The notes beneath the pieces are model-generated. The model did not search any database, had not been told where the DNA came from, and was given only the letters and a program-made list of their open reading frames with translations. The position numbers were made by a program, and so were the translations under genes. This document shows positions 39,957-48,673 of a stretch of DNA of 50,901 nucleotides, piece by piece (the stretch's first letter is position 1; every line of letters starts with the position of its first letter). Source of the stretch: an uncultured Bacilli bacterium (GTDB lineage: Bacteria > Bacillota_I > Bacilli_A > RF39 > UBA660); the NCBI GenBank assembly GCA_947628145.1, contig CANQYU010000003.1, positions 1 to 50,901 of the forward strand, read 5' to 3'.

Positions 39957-41468
39957 ATGAAAATAGAGAAATTAGAATTAAGTAATAAGAAAATAAAATA
40001 TATAGCAATAGGCTTTATAATGTGTGCAGTAATATTCATATTAATAAACTATTTAACAAGTAGAGCAAATTATCGAAATACCGAAAGTATAGAACTTGCT
40101 AAGGGAACTATCAATTATAGTATTGCAGATTTAAATGTAATAGCTATGTATAAAATAGAAGATGGGGAAGATGTAGAAATAACCGAAATGCCAGGAAACG
40201 GTTATCAAATAAATACTACAAAAAGTTATTGTTACACGACTAATAAAGAAGAACATGATACAAAAGTAACATTAAGCTCCGATAAGGATGGCAATATAGT
40301 AATTGGTAATTTAAAAAAAGGAAGCAAATGTATATTTTATTTTGAAGAATATATTCCGCCAACTCCAGAAGGCATGTTGGCTAAATTGAATGAAGCAAAA
40401 ACTAAAACTGGCGAAGAAAAATTTACAACGTCTAAAACTGGAACAAAATTTGATGGAACGGACCAAAGTGGAATAATGAAAGTAACTGGAATTGACAATG
40501 GAGATAATGGAAATACTTTATATGAAGCTCCAGATAATGATGGAACAAGTTATTTCTTTAGAGGACAAGCAAATAACAATTGGGTAGAGTTTGCTAATAA
40601 AAGATGGCGAATAATCCGAATAAATGGCGATGGAACATTAAGATTAATATATCAATGTGGAACTGCAAGTTGTACTGACACAAGAGGTAATAATACCCGA
40701 ATAAATGGGAGCACCGGAATTGCATATAAATCTTCTCCAGATAATGATAATACCTATGTAGGATATTATAATTTAGGAAAAGCCAGTAGCACTTATGACG
40801 AAGCCCATAAGGGAACAACCCCAAGTACCATAGCAGAATATTTGAATACTTGGTATGGAAGCAACTTAGCAACATATGACAAATATATAGACCAAGATGC
40901 CGGATTTTGCAATGATAGACAAAAAGTAACTGGTGCAGGCTCCTCAAGTTATGATTCAGGAACAGGAGCAGGAACCTCAGCAACAAGTTATGCAGCCTGG
41001 GGAAGAGTAGCAAAGAGTAATTCTACTAGACAAACACAATTACCAACATTAAAATGTGGAGTAAGTGCTACAACAGCAACAGCTCAAGAAACGAGTGTAG
41101 AAATAGATAATGATGCTTATAAAAGAGACTTATTTACAAAAACCGGAGCTAGTAAAGGAAATGAATTGCTACAATATCCAATAGGGCTAATAACCGTGGA
41201 TGAGATATTATTAGCTGGAGGTTTTTATGGAACAGCAAATTCAAGTTATTACTTATATACGAACAAGTCTTATTGGACCATGTCTCCGTGTCGCTTGTAC
41301 ACTGACGGTTATGCTGGCGTGTTCGTTGTGTATGATAGTGGCGACTTCGGCAGTGCCAGCGTAACCAGCACTAATCCTGGTGTGCGTCCAGTAATAAATT
41401 TAAAAGCTAATATAACTTTCTCAGGAGGAAATGGTTCAGTTGATACCCCATTCGTAGTAGCAACTTAA
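39957..41468 (+). CDS. Membrane-anchored surface protein with C-terminal CLec-like DGR variable region (target 2, paralog of 37871)
   Basis: MKIEKLELS N-terminus, shared YRNTESIELAKGTINYS, WRIIRING, GFCNDR, YWTMSP...GVRPVINLK. Confidence 0.85.
   Translation: MKIEKLELSNKKIKYIAIGFIMCAVIFILINYLTSRANYRNTESIELAKGTINYSIADLNVIAMYKIEDGEDVEITEMPGNGYQINTTKSYCYTTNKEEHDTKVTLSSDKDGNIVIGNLKKGSKCIFYFEEYIPPTPEGMLAKLNEAKTKTGEEKFTTSKTGTKFDGTDQSGIMKVTGIDNGDNGNTLYEAPDNDGTSYFFRGQANNNWVEFANKRWRIIRINGDGTLRLIYQCGTASCTDTRGNNTRINGSTGIAYKSSPDNDNTYVGYYNLGKASSTYDEAHKGTTPSTIAEYLNTWYGSNLATYDKYIDQDAGFCNDRQKVTGAGSSSYDSGTGAGTSATSYAAWGRVAKSNSTRQTQLPTLKCGVSATTATAQETSVEIDNDAYKRDLFTKTGASKGNELLQYPIGLITVDEILLAGGFYGTANSSYYLYTNKSYWTMSPCRLYTDGYAGVFVVYDSGDFGSASVTSTNPGVRPVINLKANITFSGGNGSVDTPFVVAT
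41253..41415 (+). repeat. DGR-type variable repeat VR2
   Basis: Counterpart of VR1 with one extra codon; NNC/NNT-rich, A-depleted third positions. Confidence 0.8.
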
Positions 41469-41470
41469 TA

Positions 41471-41509
41471 CTTGCCTAAACTGCTTTTTCTTATTCAAGT
41501 TTAGGCAAG
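41471..41509 (+). other. Conserved 11-bp hairpin just after the target 2 stop codon
   Basis: CTTGCCTAAAC / GTTTAGGCAAG with 17-nt loop. Confidence 0.7.
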
Positions 41510-41525
41510 ATATATTGAACTTATT

Positions 41526-41550
41526 GTAGAGTGAAAACTCTACCTTTTTT
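41526..41550 (+). terminator. Intrinsic terminator with GAAA loop
   Basis: GTAGAGT-GAAA-ACTCTAC then C and T6. Confidence 0.72.
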
Positions 41551-41711
41551 ATTTTTAATATTTAAATTAAGAAAAAATAGTATTGAATTTAGTTTTAATT
41601 TTTAATTTCCAAAAAACTAATTTAATTTAATCAAAATATAAAGACAAAACAAAAATAATATGTTAAAATAATTTTAGTTATTTAAGAATGTATTAAAGAG
41701 GTGTAGCATAA

Positions 41712-42497
41712 ATGGCAAAAGTAATATCATTAGTTAATCAAAAGGGAGGAGTAGGTAAAACTACTACTAGCATTAATTTAGCCGCTGCTTTAGGTGCCGA
41801 GGGGAAAAAAACACTTTTAATTGACCTTGACCCTCAAAGAAATGCCACGACTGGTTTAGGCTTATCTAATGGGGATTATACTCATGATATTTATGAGGTA
41901 ATGACCGGTTTATGTGATGTAAAAGATGCTATAAAAAAAACTAAATTTAAAAATTTATCTATTTTACCATCAACGATTAATTTAGCCGGGGTCGATGTAG
42001 AATTTGTTAAAAAAATGCTTGATAATCCCGAATTCCATCAAAATGAACAATTAAATTTAGCTATTAGTAGTATTAAATCTGACTATGATTATATAATTAT
42101 TGATTGTCAACCCGCTTTAGGTTTACCCACCATGAATGCTTTAGTCGCAAGTGATTCAGTAATTATCCCCGTTCAATGTGAGTTTTTTGCTTTAGAGGGA
42201 ATTACCCAATTATTAAATTCTATAATTATGGTCCAATCAAGTATGAACCCATCTTTAAGAATAGAGGGTGTTCTCTTAACCATGCTAGATGGTCGAACTA
42301 TTATTGGTTTAGAAGTAATCGAAGAGGTAAGAAAATATTTTAAAGATAAAGTATTTAATACCATTATTCCCCGACTTGTAAGATTAGTCGAAGCTCCATC
42401 TCATGGTAAACCTATAAATGTTTATGACCCTAAAAGTAAAGCCACCATTGCATATGCCAATTTAGCAAAGGAAGTGATTTCCCGTGACGGAAACTAG
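41712..42497 (+). CDS. soj: Chromosome partitioning ATPase Soj/ParA
   Basis: NQKGGVGKTT, IPVQCEFFALEG, IPRLVRLVEAPSHG. Confidence 0.95.
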   Translation: MAKVISLVNQKGGVGKTTTSINLAAALGAEGKKTLLIDLDPQRNATTGLGLSNGDYTHDIYEVMTGLCDVKDAIKKTKFKNLSILPSTINLAGVDVEFVKKMLDNPEFHQNEQLNLAISSIKSDYDYIIIDCQPALGLPTMNALVASDSVIIPVQCEFFALEGITQLLNSIIMVQSSMNPSLRIEGVLLTMLDGRTIIGLEVIEEVRKYFKDKVFNTIIPRLVRLVEAPSHGKPINVYDPKSKATIAYANLAKEVISRDGN

Positions 42498-43377
42498 AAA
42501 AAAAGCTTTAGGAAAAGGCCTAGAACAATTATTTTCTAACGAAGTTATTAACTTTGATAAATTCGAAGAGAAAATAGTTGACGAAGGCAAAACCAGTGGA
42601 GGTATAACTGAAATACCTTTAGAAGAAATCCGTAGTAATCCATATCAACCCCGGGTTAATTTTGATAGTGCCTCTTTAGAAGAAATGGCCGCGTCTATCA
42701 AAGAACATGGTATAATCCAGCCCATTATAGTTAAAAAGAGTATCAAAGGTTATGAATTAGTCGCTGGTGAAAGAAGAACGAGAGCTGCGCGTCTTGCTGG
42801 TTTAACGACTATACCTGCCATTATAAAAGATTTTAATGATACTGAAATGATGGAAATAGCTCTTATTGAGAATATAGAAAGAGAAAACTTAAATCCTATT
42901 GAAGAAGCGAAAGCTTATGAAAATATTTTAAAAATAAATAATATTACACAAGAAGAATTAGCTCATAAATTTTCTAAAAGTCGTAGTTACATTACTAATA
43001 TGTTAGGTCTTTTAAATTTACCGGAAATAACAATCAAACTAGTCGAGTCCAAAGATTTATCGATGGGTCATGCTCGAGCTTTAAGTAAACTAGAAAATCC
43101 TAGTAAAATAAATGAAATAGCATTAAGAATTGTTAGAGATGGTTTAAGTGTTAGAGATACGGAAAAACTTATAAATATGGAAAATCTTCCTAAAAAACAC
43201 ACTATTACTCGAAATTCTAATTTTACTTTAAAATATAGTATATATGAAAACTTATGTCGCGAAAAACTAGGAGTAAAAGTTAAAATAAATAATAAAAAAA
43301 TAGAAATACCATATAAAGATGACGAAGAGTTAACTCGAATTTTAGAAAGCTTAAATATTTCAGTCGAGGGAGAATAA
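42484..43377 (+). CDS. spo0J: Chromosome partitioning protein ParB/Spo0J
   Basis: ALGKGL, NPYQPR, AGERRTRA, ENIERENLNPIEEA; GTG start. Confidence 0.95.
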   Translation: MTETRKKALGKGLEQLFSNEVINFDKFEEKIVDEGKTSGGITEIPLEEIRSNPYQPRVNFDSASLEEMAASIKEHGIIQPIIVKKSIKGYELVAGERRTRAARLAGLTTIPAIIKDFNDTEMMEIALIENIERENLNPIEEAKAYENILKINNITQEELAHKFSKSRSYITNMLGLLNLPEITIKLVESKDLSMGHARALSKLENPSKINEIALRIVRDGLSVRDTEKLINMENLPKKHTITRNSNFTLKYSIYENLCREKLGVKVKINNKKIEIPYKDDEELTRILESLNISVEGE

Positions 43378-43378
43378 T

Positions 43379-44194
43379 ATGGACTTTTTAAAAAATATCT
43401 TAGAAATATTTTTAACCAAAAAAGTATTAGGTACTATTATTACTATTTTTAGTGCCTTCATTTTAGTTGCTATTTTTAATAAAGCAATATCTAAAATACT
43501 TATTAAAGGCAAAAATAAATTTGAAATAAAAAAACGGACATCTATTATTAAATTATTTCAAAGTGTTTTTAAATATTTAGTTTTTGCTATATCCATTTTA
43601 ATTATTTTAGAATTCTTTGGAATTGATACTAAGAGTTTAGTTGCCTCTTTAGGCGTTGTAGGGGTTGTTTTAGGTTTAGCTTTACAAGATACAGTTAAAG
43701 ATTTTATAAGTGGAATATCTCTAATCTTAGAAAATTATCTTCAAGTTGGGGATATAGTAACCTATCAAGATTTTACAGGCGAGGTAATCGAACTTGGTTT
43801 ACGAACTACTAAAATTAAAAATTTTAATGGCGAGGTTTTAATTGTTGCTAATCGGAATATTGATACTATAATTAATGCTTCCCAAAAGACAGCTCATATT
43901 TTATTGGAAATTCCCACTGGTTATGAAGAAAAAACCGAAAAAGTCGAAAAAGTTTTAAATGAAGTTATAAAAGAAGCAATTGCTGCTAAACTTATTTTAG
44001 AAGATAGTAAATATTTAGGAGTTAATAATTTAAGTGCTCATTCCGTAGATTATTTACTTAATATTCATTGTGACCAAAATAATCGTTATAATATAAGAAG
44101 AGACATGTTAAAAAGAGTAAAACTAGCCTATGAAAAAAATAATCTAAAAATACCATTTAATCAAATTGAGGTGCATCATGGACAAGACATTTAA
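43379..44194 (+). CDS. MscS family mechanosensitive channel (YkuT-like)
   Basis: GLALQD...SG...GD...GEVIELGLRTTKI. Confidence 0.9.
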   Translation: MDFLKNILEIFLTKKVLGTIITIFSAFILVAIFNKAISKILIKGKNKFEIKKRTSIIKLFQSVFKYLVFAISILIILEFFGIDTKSLVASLGVVGVVLGLALQDTVKDFISGISLILENYLQVGDIVTYQDFTGEVIELGLRTTKIKNFNGEVLIVANRNIDTIINASQKTAHILLEIPTGYEEKTEKVEKVLNEVIKEAIAAKLILEDSKYLGVNNLSAHSVDYLLNIHCDQNNRYNIRRDMLKRVKLAYEKNNLKIPFNQIEVHHGQDI

Positions 44195-44384
44195 ATTACA
44201 TAGTAAAGTCGTAATGAAAAAACCTCACGCTTGTGGCACCAATGAATGGCAAATAATTCGAGATGGTGTAGATATTAAATTAAAATGTTTAGCGTGTGGT
44301 CGGGAAATTATGTTAGACCGTTTAGAATTTATACGGAAATTAAAGAAAGTAATTGGAGGTTCTAATGAAGAAAAGAAATCTTAA
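44178..44384 (+). CDS. DUF951 protein (YyzM-like)
   Basis: MKKPHACG.NEW.IIR.G.DIKLKCLACGR. Confidence 0.9.
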   Translation: MDKTFKLHSKVVMKKPHACGTNEWQIIRDGVDIKLKCLACGREIMLDRLEFIRKLKKVIGGSNEEKKS

Positions 44385-45912
44385 AGAACGTATAACTCTT
44401 GACCCTATTATGACTTTAGTTATATTAATTGTTATAACTATTGTTGTAAGTGGTTTTTTAGGGTTATTAGGAGTTCAAGTTAATTATCAAACTATTGCTA
44501 ATGATGTTACTTTACAAACTACGGAAAGTTTAGTATCTGTCGAATCATTATTTAGTTTAAGTGGTTTAAAATATATATTTACAACCACGGTAGCTAACTT
44601 TGTTTCTTTTACCCCTTTATCAAGTTTAATTATTGTTTTAATTGGTATAGGCGTTATGGAAAAAAGTGGTTTTTTAAAAACAGTTGTTACCATATTAACT
44701 AAAAAAATTAAAAAGAAGACAGTTACTTTTGCCATAGTTTTGTTTTGTATTTTATCAAGTGTTATGGGTTATTTACCCTATGTTATAATGATACCTTTAA
44801 GTGCATTAATATTTATGTATGGAAGACGAAACCCTTATATTGGTATTATTGCTTCTTATGCGGCTTTATGTGCTGGTACAGGTATTAATGTTCTTTTTAC
44901 CAGTAGTGATTCTGAAATTTTAAAAGGAACTTTATTAGGGGCCCATATTATCAATCCCACTTATAATTTAGGCACAACCTCTTTTGTCTTTATCATGCTT
45001 GCCGCGGTTATTTTAGTTGCCATTGCTATAACAGTTATAACAGAAAATTATATTGCTGAAAAATTACCTAAATATGATTTTCCCGAACCTGAACTTGAAG
45101 ACGATTTAGTTATTACTAATAAACAATTAAAAGGTTTAGTTTTTGCCACTATTGCGGGTTTAATATACTTTGTTTTCTTTATTTATTGTATTATTCCGGG
45201 TCTTCCTTTATCAGGGGCTTTACTTGATTATTCTCAAACTTTTTATATAGATAAGTTATTTAGTGCCGACTCTTTCTTTAGTAATGGTTTTGTCTTTGTC
45301 GTAACGTGCTTTTTCGTTATTTTAGGTTTATTTTATGGAATTGGAGCCAAAACTATTAAAAATAATAAAGATTTATGTGATGATTTAGGTCATAGTTTAG
45401 ATGGTGTAGGTAAAACTTTAGTATTAATTTTCTTTGCTTCTACTTTTATCAGTATTTTTAAACGTACTAATATTGGTGAAGTTATTATGGCCGCTTTAGC
45501 TAATATTTTAACTATTGAAGGCTTTGGTACTTTCCCTTTAATTATTTTATTATTTATAATAAGTGCTTTAGGAACCATTTTCTTACCTAATTCTCGGTTT
45601 AAATGGGCTATTCTAGCCGGTATTGCTGTTCCAACTTTAATGGACGCGGGTATTGCCCCAGAATTTATTCAAGTTATTTTCCGGTTTGGAGAATCTGCTC
45701 TCATGGCTTTAACCCCAATGTTTGCTTATTATGTTATTTATCTAGCTTATCTCGAAAAATATAATCAAAATACCAAACCTATTAATTTATTTAAAACTAT
45801 TAGATACCAGCTTCCCTATAGTATAGTAATAGGTTTAATGTTATTAGCATTATTAATTATCTGGTTTATTATTGGTTTACCAATTGGTGTAAATGGAGTT
45901 GTAAGTATCTAA
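44365..45912 (+). CDS. AbgT family transporter
   Basis: DP motif, VESLFS, NFVSFTPL, GIGVMEKSG, GRRNP, FRFGES, W...GLPIG. Confidence 0.85.
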   Translation: MKKRNLKERITLDPIMTLVILIVITIVVSGFLGLLGVQVNYQTIANDVTLQTTESLVSVESLFSLSGLKYIFTTTVANFVSFTPLSSLIIVLIGIGVMEKSGFLKTVVTILTKKIKKKTVTFAIVLFCILSSVMGYLPYVIMIPLSALIFMYGRRNPYIGIIASYAALCAGTGINVLFTSSDSEILKGTLLGAHIINPTYNLGTTSFVFIMLAAVILVAIAITVITENYIAEKLPKYDFPEPELEDDLVITNKQLKGLVFATIAGLIYFVFFIYCIIPGLPLSGALLDYSQTFYIDKLFSADSFFSNGFVFVVTCFFVILGLFYGIGAKTIKNNKDLCDDLGHSLDGVGKTLVLIFFASTFISIFKRTNIGEVIMAALANILTIEGFGTFPLIILLFIISALGTIFLPNSRFKWAILAGIAVPTLMDAGIAPEFIQVIFRFGESALMALTPMFAYYVIYLAYLEKYNQNTKPINLFKTIRYQLPYSIVIGLMLLALLIIWFIIGLPIGVNGVVSI

Positions 45913-45978
45913 CTCCTTTTTTTTGACATTTTATAAAAAAAAGACTATAATAGAAAAGCTCTTTAAGGGGGAAATGTT

Positions 45979-46683
45979 ATGAAAAGAGAAAAATTAAGAG
46001 TTATGGCTAGTGCTTTAGCTCTCGCTACTATATTAAATAGTTGTTCTGTTACAATTAAAAAGAAAAATTCTTCTTCAACTACACCATCTTTAGTTACCAC
46101 GTCTTTAACAGAAGATTTAACTAATGAAAAAGCATTTGCTATTTTATCAGGTAATAATACTGTTAGCTTTTATTTTAGTCCGGAATTAACAAGTACATTT
46201 ACTAAAATAGAAGATGGTCTATATTCTTTAGAACAAGGGTATTTACCTTATCAAATTATTAATAATGAAACAAGCAAAATTGCAACTACGACAGAAAATA
46301 ATCAAACTTTAATATCTACATCTAATGATTTAGAGGGTTATATTGGGGTTAAAGAAGAATATATTCCACTTTTAGATTTAAACAAATTATTAAATGATGA
46401 AGTTTTAGCTAAAAATCCTAGTTTAACTACTGAATTAAAACCATATTCTTTAGAAAAAAATACTTATCTTATACCAACTGGCTATGAATTATATTGTTTA
46501 GATAATAATCTTGCTTATCCTCTAATAGAAACCGAAGAAGGTATAGTTTATAGTATTCCGAAAGAAAGTTTATCTAATTATATTGCCGTTAATACCTTAG
46601 TTGCTAAAGCCCTAAGTAATGGTAATTTATTAATGACCGAACTAACTAATAGATATTATGATTCTAAAAACTTGGTTAAATAA
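45979..46683 (+). CDS. Putative lipoprotein
   Basis: Signal peptide with LNSC lipobox-like site, Ser/Thr linker. Confidence 0.6.
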   Translation: MKREKLRVMASALALATILNSCSVTIKKKNSSSTTPSLVTTSLTEDLTNEKAFAILSGNNTVSFYFSPELTSTFTKIEDGLYSLEQGYLPYQIINNETSKIATTTENNQTLISTSNDLEGYIGVKEEYIPLLDLNKLLNDEVLAKNPSLTTELKPYSLEKNTYLIPTGYELYCLDNNLAYPLIETEEGIVYSIPKESLSNYIAVNTLVAKALSNGNLLMTELTNRYYDSKNLVK

Positions 46684-46779
46684 AACCATGTTTTTTTATT
46701 TAATAAAAACAAAGTATAAGCTTAAAAAAATTAAAAGAACGTGTTATAATATAAAACGTATAGAAAAAGAGGTAATTTT

Positions 46780-47880
46780 ATGAGTTTAAAAGCCGGTATA
46801 ATTGGTTTACCTAATGTTGGTAAATCTACTTTATTTAATGCTATAACTAAACAAAATATTTTAGCCGCTAACTATCCATTCGCGACTATTGACCCTAATG
46901 TTGGTATAGTAACAGTTCCCGACGAACGTTTAACATTTTTAGAAAATTTATATCTTCCTAAAAATACTGTTCCAACAACCTTTGAATTTACTGATATTGC
47001 TGGTTTAGTCAAGGGAGCTTCTAAAGGAGAAGGTTTAGGTAATAAATTTTTAAGTCATATTCGAGAAACTGACGCAATCGTTGAAGTTGTAAGAGCTTTT
47101 GATGACGAAAATATTACCCATGTTGAGGGCAAAACTAATCCCATTAGAGATATTGAAATAATAAATGTTGAATTAATATTATCGGATTTAGAAATAGTAG
47201 ATAATCGTTTAGAAAAAATTATCAAAAAAGCCGAGACTACTAAAGAAAAAGAAGCTGTTTTAGAAATGGAAGCTTTAAAAAAAGCTAAAACTAATTTAGA
47301 GCAAAATATTCCTTTAAGGAGGGTAGATTTTACTTTAGAAGAAAAAGAAGCTCTTCGTTCCTTTAATTTTATTACTTTAAAACCCTTAATATATTGTGCT
47401 AATGTTTTAGAAGATACTCTTGTCGTGGGCGATAATGCTTATACTTTACAAATAAAAGAATATGCTGGTAAAGAACAAAGTGGAGTTATCGTTATGTCAG
47501 CTAAATTAGAATCTGAATTATCCGAACTATCTGACGAAGATAAAAAAGCCTTTTTAAAAGAGCTTGGTATTTCTAGCTCAGGTTTAGATAAATTAATTTT
47601 TGCTACTTATGACCTTTTAGGTTTAGCTACCTTTTTTACGAGTGGTCCTGACGAATGTCGCGCTTGGACTTTTAAAAAAGGCATGAATGCTAAAAGCTGT
47701 GCCGGTTTAATTCATAGTGATATTGAACGAGGATTTATTAAAGCCGAGGTAACTAGTTTTGATGTTCTAAAAGAATATGGTTCTGAATTAAAAGTTAAAG
47801 AAGCTGGTAAACTCCGTTTAGAGGGTAAAGATTATTTAATGCAAGATGGCGATATTGTTTATTTCCGATTTAATGTTTAG
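46780..47880 (+). CDS. ychF: Redox-regulated ATPase YchF
   Basis: GLPNVGKST, ANYPFATIDPN, DIAGLVKGASKGEGLGNKFL, FRFNV. Confidence 0.97.
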   Translation: MSLKAGIIGLPNVGKSTLFNAITKQNILAANYPFATIDPNVGIVTVPDERLTFLENLYLPKNTVPTTFEFTDIAGLVKGASKGEGLGNKFLSHIRETDAIVEVVRAFDDENITHVEGKTNPIRDIEIINVELILSDLEIVDNRLEKIIKKAETTKEKEAVLEMEALKKAKTNLEQNIPLRRVDFTLEEKEALRSFNFITLKPLIYCANVLEDTLVVGDNAYTLQIKEYAGKEQSGVIVMSAKLESELSELSDEDKKAFLKELGISSSGLDKLIFATYDLLGLATFFTSGPDECRAWTFKKGMNAKSCAGLIHSDIERGFIKAEVTSFDVLKEYGSELKVKEAGKLRLEGKDYLMQDGDIVYFRFNV

Positions 47881-48009
47881 TCTAAATTCTTTTAAGAAAC
47901 ATATAATATTATAACTTAAAAGAATTTTTTTTATAAAAAAAACCATCCTAATTATGGAGATTTACGTTAAATTAAAATTATGATATAATATAAACATAAG
48001 GAGGTAATT

Positions 48010-48651
48010 ATGAATAAATTATTATCAAAGACATTTCTCTGGATGTTTTTAGGCTTATTAGTAACGTTCGCGACGGGCTATGTTGTATCTATTAATGAAA
48101 ATATGGTAAATACTATTTTTAGTGGTAGTTTATATTGGCTCTTTATTATAATTGAATTAGCTTTAGTTATATTCTTTTCTACGAGAATATTTAAAATGAA
48201 ATCTACTTCCGCTAAAATATGTTTTTTATTATATTCTTTTGTAAGTGGATTAACATTTTCTAGTATATTTTTAGTATTTGATATATCATCAATATTTTAT
48301 GTCTTTTTAATCGCGGCTTTATTATTTGGTATATTTGGTCTTTTTGGTTATCGAACTAAATTAGATTTAAGTAAAATAAGCACTTATTTATTAATGGCTT
48401 TAATTGGTGTTGTTCTATGTACTATTATTAATATTTTCTTAAATAATTCTACTTTTGATTTAATAATCTCTATTATAGCTATTTTAATATTTACTATTTA
48501 TGTCGCCTATGATATTAGACAATTAAAAGTACTTAAAGAAGCTAATTTGGATGACGAAATATTAGCTATTCATGGAGCTTTTGAACTATATCTTGATTTT
48601 ATCAATATATTTATTCACTTGTTATCTATAATTGGCGATTCCCGTGATTAA
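48010..48651 (+). CDS. Bax inhibitor-1/YccA family membrane protein
   Basis: 7 TM, AYD, LYLDFINIF. Confidence 0.9.
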   Translation: MNKLLSKTFLWMFLGLLVTFATGYVVSINENMVNTIFSGSLYWLFIIIELALVIFFSTRIFKMKSTSAKICFLLYSFVSGLTFSSIFLVFDISSIFYVFLIAALLFGIFGLFGYRTKLDLSKISTYLLMALIGVVLCTIINIFLNNSTFDLIISIIAILIFTIYVAYDIRQLKVLKEANLDDEILAIHGAFELYLDFINIFIHLLSIIGDSRD

Positions 48652-48673
48652 AAAAGACTAAGAGCTAAAATTC

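Noticed and set aside
36371-41468. Prophage or ICE suggested by clustered XRE genes
   Set aside because: No integrase, structural, replication or conjugation genes in the window
41550-43377. parS site near parAB
   Set aside because: No TGTTNCACGTGAAACA-like palindrome noticed on reading
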